Shown in pieces: positions 18,318 through 26,722 of a stretch of DNA of 40,781 nt (positions within the stretch are counted from its first letter, which is position 1; every line of letters starts with the position of its first letter). The stretch is taken from NCBI GenBank assembly GCA_003557085.1, contig PWPR01000069.1, positions 1 through 40,781 on the forward strand, written 5' to 3'. The notes beneath the pieces are model-generated. The model ran no database searches. It was given only the letters and a program-made list of their open reading frames with translations, and was not told where the DNA came from. The stretch comes from Clostridia bacterium (GTDB lineage Bacteria > Bacillota > UBA994 > PWPR01). Made by a program: the position numbers and the translations under genes.

Positions 18318-19484
18318 CTATCCTTTATTAATAATAACTCTGTGTGGGAATGGGATTTCTACACCTGCTTCATCAAGCTTGTTCTTCAAATGGAATCTCA
18401 TTATTCTCTCTACTTGTCTATATTCTATAGATTTAGCTCTAGCAGTTATTCTAATAACCACTGCTGAATCAGCAAGTTCTTGCACCCCTCTTATCTTTGG
18501 CCCTTCAATTATCCAATCATATTTACCTGCTAATTCTTTACATGCTTCTTCTAAAACATTATAAACATGCGGTAAGTTCTCTCCATAAGCTACTCCTAAG
18601 TCTACGGTAGCACGCATATAGTTTCTTGATAAATTACTTACTAAGGCTATTTCTCCGTTTGGTATTATATGTAGCTTCCCATCTCTTGCTTCAAGCTGGG
18701 TACTTCTTAATCCAATCTGTACAACAGTACCCTCAACGCCTTCTACTACAATATACTCTCCTACATTGAAATGATCCTCAAATATAATAAAGGCTCCTGC
18801 TATAATATCTTTAACTAAATCTTGTGCACCAAAACCTAAGGCTACACCTAATATACCTGCACTCGTTATGATAGAAGTTGTAGAAACTCCAAAAATAGTC
18901 AATAAAGTTAATATAACGATAAAGTAAACTAGATATTGAAACAAGCTTAGACTAAGTGTTTCAAGAGTTCTAAGCTTTGATTCTTTTACTTCAATTGTCT
19001 GAAATACACTCACTTTATCATCATAGTGTTCTTGTTCTTTTCTAGAAAAGGCTGCTCTTATTCCCATTTGACCAAATTTCAAGCCAATAAAAGCTAGAAT
19101 TATAACTATTGTTGACTGAATAAATCTTCCTAGCAATGGGATTCCAAAAAGACTACGCTGAAAATCTGCGTAAGATGTTAACGATAAATTAAAAAGTATG
19201 ATAGAAAAAGGAATTGCTAAAAGATAAACAGCATATCTCCATATCTTCATCAACATCTTTCTCATATTTGCTATTTGTGTTAACTTTTCTTCCTTTCTCT
19301 TGTCATCTGACTTCCTTACTTTTGTCTTTAATATTCTAAATGACCTTCTTATGAGAAAGTTTCCAATCCCAATCATTATAATCATAGCCAAAACTAAGAC
19401 TATTAATTGTATTACAACAGCTAAAATTGGATTTGCACTTTGCAGCTCCCCTAACTTATCAGCTAAAAATCTCAAGAACATCAC
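18318..19484 (-). CDS. MscS-family mechanosensitive channel protein
   Basis: 388 aa. It has several N-terminal TM helices, then the MscS beta-domain VGEYIVVEGVEGTVVQIGLRSTQLEARDGKLHIIPNG. Confidence 0.85.
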   Translation of the reverse strand: MMFLRFLADKLGELQSANPILAVVIQLIVLVLAMIIMIGIGNFLIRRSFRILKTKVRKSDDKRKEEKLTQIANMRKMLMKIWRYAVYLLAIPFSIILFNLSLTSYADFQRSLFGIPLLGRFIQSTIVIILAFIGLKFGQMGIRAAFSRKEQEHYDDKVSVFQTIEVKESKLRTLETLSLSLFQYLVYFIVILTLLTIFGVSTTSIITSAGILGVALGFGAQDLVKDIIAGAFIIFEDHFNVGEYIVVEGVEGTVVQIGLRSTQLEARDGKLHIIPNGEIALVSNLSRNYMRATVDLGVAYGENLPHVYNVLEEACKELAGKYDWIIEGPKIRGVQELADSAVVIRITARAKSIEYRQVERIMRFHLKNKLDEAGVEIPFPHRVIINKG

Positions 19485-19485
19485 C

Positions 19486-19737
19486 TCATTCTATATATGT
19501 ATACTCCTTATTGCCTCCTGTAATTGTTTCTTTAAAGTACCGCTTCTCTATTATATCATGGGTCTCTACGATTCTTTTAACTTTCTTTAGATTGCTCTCT
19601 TCAAACTTGAGAGCAATGCCACATCCTTCTGATATAATCTTTGGTGTTGGGATAACCATCAAGCCAATTTCTGCTTCTAATAAAGCTTCTTCAATTTCAA
19701 GTGCCTCGTGCGTAGATTTAAATGTTAATACTATCAT
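19486..19737 (-). CDS. DUF3343-like small protein (putative Se/S-carrier-like fold)
   Basis: 83 aa. IVLTFKSTHEALEIEEALLEAEI..VIPTP..ISEGCGIAL matches my memory of DUF3343. AGGAA SD is present. Confidence 0.6.
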   Translation of the reverse strand: MIVLTFKSTHEALEIEEALLEAEIGLMVIPTPKIISEGCGIALKFEESNLKKVKRIVETHDIIEKRYFKETITGGNKEYTYIE

Positions 19738-19748
19738 GTTTATTTCCT

Positions 19749-20852
19749 TTACTTGTACCAGTCTATTCTATTATCTTCTTTTAAGACATATATTATGTAG
19801 TCCCTATCTATAAATGCCCTTTGGATATTATTAGTTGTCAAGTAACTTAATGATACTAAGTTCTTTGATGTGTAAACACCACTATTTGTTGCAACTAAAA
19901 GTGTACCATCTCTTAGTAGTTGATAATTGATTAGTTCTCCACTATAGCGAATCCTACCAATACGTTGGCCTGATAGATTCATCTCTGAAACTATCACCTG
20001 TTTTTCTGGAGGCAAAATAGAGAAAGAATTTTGAATATAAAAGACTCTGTTTTCTGAACTAAACCCAAGACCAAGAACGTCTGCAATCTCAAATGTCGTT
20101 AATGTATCAAGTAACACATTATAAAGCTCAACTTGGCTTTTTGTAGCCCATATAAGATAGTGTCCTGATGGTGATAGTGAAAAATCTCTTATTTCTTCAT
20201 CAAATCGTCTTTGATATAGAACTCTACAATAATTGTCATAAAAATAAAGGTATTGTCCTGGATCATCTCTATCAAAACTAAATGCTAAGACAACTACCCC
20301 CAAAGGTGACCAGCTAACATTTACTATTTCTTTGTTGCTATATTGAGCGCTAAAAAGCTCTTTTCCTTCTTGGTCTTTTAAGTCTATTTGAATTTCCCAA
20401 GATGCCTGATCTGCCATTAGCTCACTTACAACAAAGGTTCTTCCATCATTGCTTACAGCACAAAATAGTGGGTCTCCTGTCACTTGCCAACTAGTGAGAG
20501 TCTCTCCGTTAAGGTCTAATAAACTAATTTTCCTATTATGTTCTTCCCCGACAATAATATTAGTGCCTGCACTATCAATTAGCTGTCTATTGGAGGCAAA
20601 TATCTTCTCCCATTGTTTCATTCCTTTGCTATCAAATAATGATATCGCTGCCTGCCCAGTTCTCCTATATACAGTTATCAAGCCTCTATCTGCTGAGGAA
20701 AAATGCTGCAAATGTCCAGGGGATACCAGCGTTCTTGAATTCTCAAGCTCAAGCTCTATTCCTAAATCATTAAAAAGATCCCTTACAAAAAAAGAGCCTA
20801 TAAGCACAACAGCAACTAATACTATAAAAACCACAACTATTTTTACATTCAT
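19749..20852 (-). CDS. Membrane-anchored hypothetical protein with beta-propeller-like repeats (DUF5711-like)
   Basis: An N-terminal TM is followed by repeated strand motifs (SNDGRTFVV, SPSGHYLIW, LRDGTLLVA). ATG 20852 lies 9 nt after AGAGAGG; the track start 20876 has no SD. Confidence 0.5.
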   Translation of the reverse strand: MNVKIVVVFIVLVAVVLIGSFFVRDLFNDLGIELELENSRTLVSPGHLQHFSSADRGLITVYRRTGQAAISLFDSKGMKQWEKIFASNRQLIDSAGTNIIVGEEHNRKISLLDLNGETLTSWQVTGDPLFCAVSNDGRTFVVSELMADQASWEIQIDLKDQEGKELFSAQYSNKEIVNVSWSPLGVVVLAFSFDRDDPGQYLYFYDNYCRVLYQRRFDEEIRDFSLSPSGHYLIWATKSQVELYNVLLDTLTTFEIADVLGLGFSSENRVFYIQNSFSILPPEKQVIVSEMNLSGQRIGRIRYSGELINYQLLRDGTLLVATNSGVYTSKNLVSLSYLTTNNIQRAFIDRDYIIYVLKEDNRIDWYK

Positions 20853-20915
20853 ATCTAAATGCCTCTCTAAATTCATACTTATATATTAACACAGCTAATT
20901 AATCATGAACATCAC

Positions 20916-20937
20916 AAAAAAGGCCTATACAAGGCCT
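20916..20937 (-). terminator. Terminator of the sigma-factor operon
   Basis: AGGCCT (20921-20926) pairs with AGGCCT (20932-20937). On the minus strand a T5 run follows. The hairpin overlaps the DUF948 stop codon. Confidence 0.6.
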
Positions 20938-21232
20938 AAATTTTGTCTATAACATTATTAACAATTTTTGTAGTTGCCTGACTTATAGAAGCAACCTTCA
21001 TTGAAAGAGCATTTATCTGCTGACTCATAATTCCAGCTTCATAAGTTATTTTTTCGAAGTTCTTTAATGCTTCTTCAAGCTCAACTTCTGAGCTCTCGAC
21101 TATTCTATTTAGTGTCTTCACTGTGTCACCCATGTTTTTAAGTAGCCTTACTAAATAAACTCCAATGTAAATAATTACAATTGTAATTAGCAACAATAAG
21201 AAATCTCTAAACTCTATAGAAATTGACATCAA
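20936..21232 (-). CDS. DUF948-like small membrane-anchored coiled-coil protein (YtxG-type general-stress protein family)
   Basis: 98 aa with one N-terminal TM and then a helical region. GAGGAG SD lies 18 nt after the sigma gene stop. Confidence 0.6.
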   Translation of the reverse strand: MMSISIEFRDFLLLLITIVIIYIGVYLVRLLKNMGDTVKTLNRIVESSEVELEEALKNFEKITYEAGIMSQQINALSMKVASISQATTKIVNNVIDKI

Positions 21233-21250
21233 AACACTCCTCTTGTTTTT

Positions 21251-22012
21251 TTATTTATTCATACTATTTCTGAGTCCACGAGTCTTAGTTTTTAGTCTTC
21301 CGAGCAATCGTGAAACTTGCATTTGTGATACTCCTAAAATATCAGCAATTTCTTTTTGAGTCAACTTATCTAAATATCTAAACTTCACTAACTTTTTATC
21401 CAAAGAAGTCAGATTTGCATAAATCTCTTTTATCTCACTAATATCTTCAAGTCTTTCTAACTCTTTGTCAAGCTCTCCTAAATTCTGCCTCAGTGTAATT
21501 GGTGTTTCTGAATCCTCTACTAGTATTGTGTTCTCAAGTGATAGTATATCATAGTTTTGTGTTATGCTCATTGCTTCAATGACTTCTTCAATTGACATAT
21601 TCAAATAATCTGCAATATCTTTAGGTGTTACTGTTCGATTATGTTTTTGGGCCAATTCAGGTATAAGTTTATATATTTTAAAATTGGTTTCTTTAAGTCT
21701 TCTTGGTATTTTAACAACCCAATCATTATCTCTATAGAAATGCTTAATTTCACCAACAACTTTTGGCGTAAGATAGCTAAAGAAATTTAAACCCTTATCT
21801 TCATCATAACTTTCTATTGCTTTAAGCATTCCAATATATGCTACCTGCCGAACATCTTCATAAATATTCCTATCCTTGATAAATCTTGCTGCTATATTTT
21901 CTACTATTGGCATTAACTTAATAATTAAATCATCTAATAGCCTCTGATTATTCGTTCTTTTGTATTTGCTTATTAAGACTTGGAAAGATTCTTTTGATTC
22001 TCCTTCACTCAT
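21251..22012 (-). CDS. Sigma-70 family sigma factor, SigB/F/G group (SigB-like)
   Basis: 253 aa. Region 2 reads YIGMLKAIESYD and FFSYLTPKVVGEIKHFYRDNDWVVKIPRRLKE. The region 4.2 HTH reads TQKEIADILGVSQMQVSRLL. Its ATG overlaps the upstream TGA (ATGA). Confidence 0.9.
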   Translation of the reverse strand: MSEGESKESFQVLISKYKRTNNQRLLDDLIIKLMPIVENIAARFIKDRNIYEDVRQVAYIGMLKAIESYDEDKGLNFFSYLTPKVVGEIKHFYRDNDWVVKIPRRLKETNFKIYKLIPELAQKHNRTVTPKDIADYLNMSIEEVIEAMSITQNYDILSLENTILVEDSETPITLRQNLGELDKELERLEDISEIKEIYANLTSLDKKLVKFRYLDKLTQKEIADILGVSQMQVSRLLGRLKTKTRGLRNSMNK

Positions 22013-22764
22013 TTTCTTTCTCCATACTTAATCATCTTAATAACTGTGCCTTTTCCTTTATTAGAATCAATTGAAACCTCATCCATTAGAGCCTCAACTA
22101 TATATAACCCTAAACCCCCAGCTATTTCAGGGTCTCTTTCTTTAACCTCATCTTTTGTAAAGCCTGGACCATTATCTCTAACTTTTATTATCATCGCATT
22201 TGTATTGCATTCATACTTAATATGTATAACAATACTGTCTTTTTCTTTGTCATTATGAGCTATGGAGTTTGTTATGACTTCTGTTATTGCAACTTTTATA
22301 TCCTCAATAGCTTCTATTCCAAAATTATATCTACCCGCAAGTGCAGTCATAACAAGTCTCATCATCCCAATATATATAGGCTTTGCTGGTATCTCAACCA
22401 CAACAATATCATCACAAATATCTAAATTAGTGTCATTGTAATCAGTGAATTTTATATCGTCTTCAATTGATATTGTTTTATTCAAACCAGTTGTGTCAAA
22501 TAATTTAAGTATGTGTTTTTGTAAATTAATCAGTTTTAATTTCCCACCATTATCTTCTACATATCTAGAAATGTCAATGATTGCTCCTAAGCCTATGCTA
22601 TCAATAAAGTTTAATTGCTCCATATCAATTATAACTTCCTTTTTGTCTTTGATAGCATTAATTACTTTACTTATAACACTGTCTACATTAAATAAGTCCA
22701 TCTCTCCAGAAACTTTAATTCTAACAGCCTCTTCTGATAATAAATCAATGTCAATTTGTCCCAC
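22009..22764 (-). CDS. Fusion protein: N-terminal STAS anti-sigma-factor antagonist domain + C-terminal RsbW/SpoIIAB-type anti-sigma serine kinase domain
   Basis: STAS domain: VSGEMDLFNVDS and QLNFIDSIGLGAII. Kinase domain: IPAKPIYIGMMRLV, N-box EVITNSIAHN, G1 RDNGPGF, G2 GGLGLYIV. It is one open frame. GTG 22764 lies 6 nt after AAAGAGGTG. The track ATG 22818 would sit inside the promoter -10 region. Confidence 0.85.
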   Translation of the reverse strand: MGQIDIDLLSEEAVRIKVSGEMDLFNVDSVISKVINAIKDKKEVIIDMEQLNFIDSIGLGAIIDISRYVEDNGGKLKLINLQKHILKLFDTTGLNKTISIEDDIKFTDYNDTNLDICDDIVVVEIPAKPIYIGMMRLVMTALAGRYNFGIEAIEDIKVAITEVITNSIAHNDKEKDSIVIHIKYECNTNAMIIKVRDNGPGFTKDEVKERDPEIAGGLGLYIVEALMDEVSIDSNKGKGTVIKMIKYGERK

Positions 22765-22809
22765 GAATATCACCTCTTTCAAAGATTTCAAATAACTACA
22801 TTTACTAAA

Positions 22810-22839
22810 ATTATACACTTTATTTTGCTAATATGCTAA
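22810..22839 (-). promoter_or_regulatory. Candidate sigma-A type promoter of the STAS-kinase/sigma/DUF948 operon
   Basis: Minus strand reads TTAGCA (22834..22839), an 18-nt spacer, then extended -10 TGTATAAT (22810..22817). Confidence 0.5.
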
Positions 22840-22846
22840 GTTAAAT

Positions 22847-22873
22847 AAAAAAAAGACCTCTGCTAAGAGATCT
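22847..22873 (-). terminator. Terminator of metK
   Basis: AGACCTCT/AGAGATCT hairpin (22854..22873, one mismatch) overlaps the metK stop. On the minus strand a T8 run follows. Confidence 0.55.
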
Positions 22874-24056
22874 CTTTTACTAGTTTCTTAATACTGTCAA
22901 CTTTATCAAGTTCTTCCCAGGGCAGCTTAATATCGGTCCTACCAAAATGTCCATATGCAGCTACTTGTCGATAAATAGGCTGCCTAAGTTTCAAATTATC
23001 AATTATAGCTCCAGGTCTTAAGTCAAATATCTTTTTAATTATTCCAATTAATTGTTCATTAGTATAATCACTTGTTCCAAAGGTATCTACCATAATAGAT
23101 ACTGGCTGAGCTACCCCTATTGCGTAAGCCACTTGAAGCTCTAATTTCTCTGCTAATCCTGCTGCCACCATATTTTTAGCGACATGCCTTGCAGCATATG
23201 CTGCTGACCTATCTACTTTAGTAGGGTCTTTTCCAGAGAATGCTCCTCCACCATGGCGAGAATACCCTCCATATGTATCTACTATTATCTTCCTACCCGT
23301 TAAGCCTGCATCACCCATAGGTCCACCAATTACAAATCTACCTGTAGGATTGATAAAGAACTTAGTGTTATCATCTAATAAATCTTCAGGAATTACCTCA
23401 TTAATGACTATGTTTCTAACATCTTTGTGTATTTGCTCTTGGCTAACATCTGGCCTGTGTTGAGTAGAAACAACAATTGCGTCTATTCTAATTGGATTGT
23501 TACCTTCATACTCTACAGTAACCTGAGTTTTACCATCAGGGCGTAAATATGACATTTCTCCATTTACTCTAACCTCATGAAGCCTTCTAGCAAGCAAGTG
23601 AGAGTAATAGATTGGCATTGGCATTAAGTTTTCTGTTTCATTACAGGCAAAACCAAAGATTAGACCTTGGTCTCCTGCTCCAAGAGATTCTTTTTCTTGT
23701 GCCATACGACTTTCTAGTGAAAGATCTACCCCTTGAGCTATATCAGGAGATTGTTCATCTATGGCTGTTAAAACAGCACAGGTATCACCATCAAACCCAT
23801 ATTTTGCTCTAGTATAGCCAATATTTTTTACAGTTTCTCTCACTACCCCTGGAATGTCAACGTAGCATGAAGTAGTAATTTCTCCACCTACTAAAACCAG
23901 TCCAGTAGTCACAAATGTTTCGCAAGCTACTCTTGCTAACGGGTCTTTTTCTAAAATTGCATCTAGTATTGAATCTGAAATTTGATCAGCTACTTTATCT
24001 GGATGTCCAGCAGTTACTGATTCTGAAGTGAATAAAAATCTACCTTTACCGCTCAA
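22863..24056 (-). CDS. metK: S-adenosylmethionine synthetase
   Basis: Motifs [23 protein letters not shown] and [19 protein letters not shown] 24056 lies 9 nt after AAGGAG; the track TTG 24065 abuts the SD with zero spacing. Confidence 0.97.
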   Translation of the reverse strand: MSGKGRFLFTSESVTAGHPDKVADQISDSILDAILEKDPLARVACETFVTTGLVLVGGEITTSCYVDIPGVVRETVKNIGYTRAKYGFDGDTCAVLTAIDEQSPDIAQGVDLSLESRMAQEKESLGAGDQGLIFGFACNETENLMPMPIYYSHLLARRLHEVRVNGEMSYLRPDGKTQVTVEYEGNNPIRIDAIVVSTQHRPDVSQEQIHKDVRNIVINEVIPEDLLDDNTKFFINPTGRFVIGGPMGDAGLTGRKIIVDTYGGYSRHGGGAFSGKDPTKVDRSAAYAARHVAKNMVAAGLAEKLELQVAYAIGVAQPVSIMVDTFGTSDYTNEQLIGIIKKIFDLRPGAIIDNLKLRQPIYRQVAAYGHFGRTDIKLPWEELDKVDSIKKLVKEIS

Positions 24057-24176
24057 CGCTACCAACTCCTTATTGCCAGTTAGGCTTACTTATGTTTATA
24101 CGATTACATAATATATCACAAAACATATACAATTAAAATATTTTTATAATAAATTTGATTGAAAATTTAAATTAAG

Positions 24177-24779
24177 TTAAATCTTAAGTGCTACTGTTAA
24201 ACCATCTCCAATTGGCAATATTGTACTAAACATCTCGCTTGCGCATATTATCTTGTTAAACTCATCAATTGGCTCTATCAGATCATGCCATTTTTCATCT
24301 AATTCTATAACTGGAAAAAGCGTATCTTCAGCTAAAAGCAACCCATCTTTACTTAATAAATTTATGCATTGTTTAAATAAAACTGAATATAGGCTCTTGT
24401 CTAAGTCCATAAAAATCATATCAAACTTGCAATCAATTTCAAATAAGGCTTTTCTAGCATCATCAATGATGAGCTCAACATTATTAAGCTTTTCACTATT
24501 AAATAGTTTTTTTGCTTCATTAGCTACTTCCTTATCATATTCTATTGTTGTTATATGCCCACCATATTCACTAGCTGTTTTAGCCATCATCGTAGTAGAG
24601 AAACCAATACTAGTACCTAATTCTAAAATCTTTTTTGGCTTTTTTATCATTATTAGCTGAGTAATAGTCCTTGCTACATCATCATCAATTACTGGTATAT
24701 AATCACTTATTTCAGATTTTGCCTCATATTTAACTTTTTGGCTTGGGTAAAGGCTTTCTATATACTCTTTTTCATTCAT
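24177..24779 (-). CDS. Class I SAM-dependent O-methyltransferase (caffeoyl-CoA OMT / YrrM-like)
   Basis: 200 aa. SAM motif I ILELGTSIGFST, then FMDLDK. It starts 3 nt after the MarR stop. Confidence 0.8.
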   Translation of the reverse strand: MNEKEYIESLYPSQKVKYEAKSEISDYIPVIDDDVARTITQLIMIKKPKKILELGTSIGFSTTMMAKTASEYGGHITTIEYDKEVANEAKKLFNSEKLNNVELIIDDARKALFEIDCKFDMIFMDLDKSLYSVLFKQCINLLSKDGLLLAEDTLFPVIELDEKWHDLIEPIDEFNKIICASEMFSTILPIGDGLTVALKI

Positions 24780-24782
24780 TGT

Positions 24783-25238
24783 TTATTCAATCCTCTCATA
24801 AAACTCTTTAAGAAGTGTTTCTAACTCACTTAACTCTTTTTCTCTAAATGTCAGCAATGCTTTCTCTAATACGTTTTTTCTAGCATGATAACTCAACTCT
24901 TTAAGCATTTCTTTTGCTTTATCTGTCAGGCATATTCTTTTTATTCTTCTATCTTTCTCGTCTTTCTTCCTATAAACAAGCTCCATATCTTCCAACCTAG
25001 TAATTTTTTCAGATATTGTATTATGTGAACGATCTGTTTTATCTGCTAGCTCACCTACACTAGGTGATATTTCTCTATCATCAAACTTCATATTTAAATC
25101 ATCAAGCTCAATGAGTAAATGAAACTGCTCTAAACTTAAACCGTATTTTTTTGCTACCTCATGATATCCTCTATGCAACTTATCATTAATCTGATCTTGC
25201 CATCTCATTATATTTTCAATCAACTCTGCTTTATTCAC
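24783..25238 (-). CDS. MarR-family transcriptional regulator
   Basis: 151 aa with a winged-HTH region (SVGELADKTDRSHNTISEKITRLEDMELVYRKKDEKDRR). GTG start lies 10 nt after GAGGAGG. Confidence 0.85.
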   Translation of the reverse strand: MNKAELIENIMRWQDQINDKLHRGYHEVAKKYGLSLEQFHLLIELDDLNMKFDDREISPSVGELADKTDRSHNTISEKITRLEDMELVYRKKDEKDRRIKRICLTDKAKEMLKELSYHARKNVLEKALLTFREKELSELETLLKEFYERIE

Positions 25239-25261
25239 CCTGTGTTAACCTCCTCAATTTT

Positions 25262-25293
25262 ATATCGTGTCACGATATTGTCGTTTAGCGACA
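25262..25293. promoter_or_regulatory. Two adjacent palindromes, candidate MarR operator(s)
   Basis: ATATCGTG-T-CACGATAT (25262..25278, perfect 8-1-8) is followed directly by TGTCG-TTTAG-CGACA (25279..25293). Both lie between the -10 box and the SD of the marR gene. Confidence 0.55.
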
Positions 25294-25321
25294 TATTATC
25301 AGAGCAAGTTTTTTCTGTCAA
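25293..25321 (-). promoter_or_regulatory. Sigma-A type promoter of the MarR/OMT operon
   Basis: Minus strand reads TTGACA (25316..25321), a 17-nt spacer, then TAATAT (25293..25298). Confidence 0.65.
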
Positions 25322-25336
25322 GTATTTAAAATAAAT

Positions 25337-25376
25337 AATCCTCCATCTTAGCATCAAAAGCTTAGATGGAGGGATT
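25337..25376 (-). terminator. Terminator after the M20 amidohydrolase gene
   Basis: A 12-13 bp hairpin, TCCTCCATCTTAGC / GCTTAGATGGAGGGA, with one mismatch. T-rich flanks lie on both sides. Confidence 0.7.
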
Positions 25377-25391
25377 TTATAATTTAAAATA

Positions 25392-26705
25392 TTATTTTGA
25401 GAAGAACTCTTCCCACATCTCTAGATAACTATCTTTATTGTAAATAGGTTCAAAACTGTCTTTTACTTCTTGAGCCTTAGTTGCACCATCAACCAATAAA
25501 TCAATTACTGTCATTGCCATCGCTTTGGCTCCTAAAACATAAGCAATTTCTTCATCAACAATTTCATAATGCTTAGAATGACCTGCACCAGAAACTCCAC
25601 CTATATACGGATGTATGGCAGGAATTATATGCATAACATCCCCTATGTCTGATGAGCCAGTTCCATGCCTATCAGTTACTGCTACAGCCTCTTCTCCAAC
25701 AAGCTGTTCAAAGTTTTCTTTTATAAGATTATCCATAATAGCGTCATTTACTCTCGGCAAATAACCTGGAATTTCTGTTATCTCTACCTCAGCTCCAACA
25801 GCGTGTGCTCCAGCCTCTAAAGCCCTATTAACCTTTTGGCTTGCATCAATAATTGAGTCCATAGTTCTACCTCGAACGTAAGTCTCCATTATTACCTCTG
25901 CTGGGATTATATTAACCAAATCTCCACCCTTTGTTATAATAGGATGAACTCTTATATGATCATTATCTTGAAATGTTTCTCTGTTGGCATGTATTGCCAT
26001 GAGACCAATATTAGCTGCATTAAGTGCATTTACACCATTATGAGGAGCTCCACCAGCGTGCGCTTCTTTGCCAATATATCTGACAAGCTTACCTACAAAA
26101 CCATTGCTAGTCCCACCGACAGCAGCCTTAATATCTTCTCCTGTAGCAGAACTGTGGTACATCATTAACATGTCTATATCATCAAGTTCACCAAGAGCTA
26201 TAAACTCCTGTTTACCACCTAAGAACTTAATTTTGCCCTCATCTCTCAACTTTTGACGATAACCTATCTCAACATACTCTTCAGCAGGTACAGCCATAAA
26301 AGTAACATCACCACTTAGTTCATTTATTACACCACTTTTAATTAAACCAATAGCAGCACCAAGCATACCAGCTATCTGAGCATTATGACCACAAGAGTGA
26401 GCTGCTCCAGTCTGAGGGTCTGCATGAGGATGATCAGGGCAAACTACTGCATCAAGCTCCCCCATTACAGCAACATTAGGACCACTTTCTTTACCTTTAG
26501 CTTTAGCTATAACACCTGTAATACCAACTTCATCCCTATATGGCAGTGCTAACTCTTCAAAAATCTCTTTAACAATTCCTGCTGTTCTAAACTCTTTATA
26601 TCCAAGCTCTGGATGAGCAAATATATCATTGCCTATTCCAATTATCTTATCCTTATTCTCTTCTATTACCTGACACACTTTATCTTTTAACTCTTGTTTA
26701 TTCAT
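25392..26705 (-). CDS. M20-family amidohydrolase/peptidase (M20D, AbgB-like)
   Basis: About 437 aa. It has the HSCGHN metal-binding block and M20D-type organisation. ATG 26705 follows GGGAGGA; the track TTG 26717 contains that SD. Confidence 0.8.
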   Translation of the reverse strand: MNKQELKDKVCQVIEENKDKIIGIGNDIFAHPELGYKEFRTAGIVKEIFEELALPYRDEVGITGVIAKAKGKESGPNVAVMGELDAVVCPDHPHADPQTGAAHSCGHNAQIAGMLGAAIGLIKSGVINELSGDVTFMAVPAEEYVEIGYRQKLRDEGKIKFLGGKQEFIALGELDDIDMLMMYHSSATGEDIKAAVGGTSNGFVGKLVRYIGKEAHAGGAPHNGVNALNAANIGLMAIHANRETFQDNDHIRVHPIITKGGDLVNIIPAEVIMETYVRGRTMDSIIDASQKVNRALEAGAHAVGAEVEITEIPGYLPRVNDAIMDNLIKENFEQLVGEEAVAVTDRHGTGSSDIGDVMHIIPAIHPYIGGVSGAGHSKHYEIVDEEIAYVLGAKAMAMTVIDLLVDGATKAQEVKDSFEPIYNKDSYLEMWEEFFSK

Positions 26706-26722
26706 AGATCCTCCCAATTAAT

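Noticed and set aside
20449-20889. 146-aa plus-strand ORF opposite the beta-propeller gene. Similar antisense ORFs occur at 24253..24660, 22445..22795, 22046..22258, 32048..32413, 33799..34137, 19427..19813, 10361..10672 and 31158..31373.
   Set aside because: All overlap better-supported genes on the other strand, lack SD sequences and translate to low-complexity hydrophobic strings. Some run across gene boundaries of the opposite strand.
21251-22764. Reading the operon as the sporulation spoIIAA-spoIIAB-sigF locus
   Set aside because: The sigma factor aligns better by eye with SigB than with SigF or SigG. It has the SigB-like block F..Y..P...GEIK.F.RD..W.V..PRR.KE. It has no SigF-type N-terminal region. 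The downstream gene is a DUF948 general-stress-type protein rather than a sporulation gene. Only phylogeny can settle this.
24057-24176. Expected SAM-I (S-box) riboswitch upstream of metK
   Set aside because: The leader is only about 120 nt and extremely AT-rich. I could find none of the conserved S-box blocks and no terminator/antiterminator pair. The absence is reported as a finding instead.
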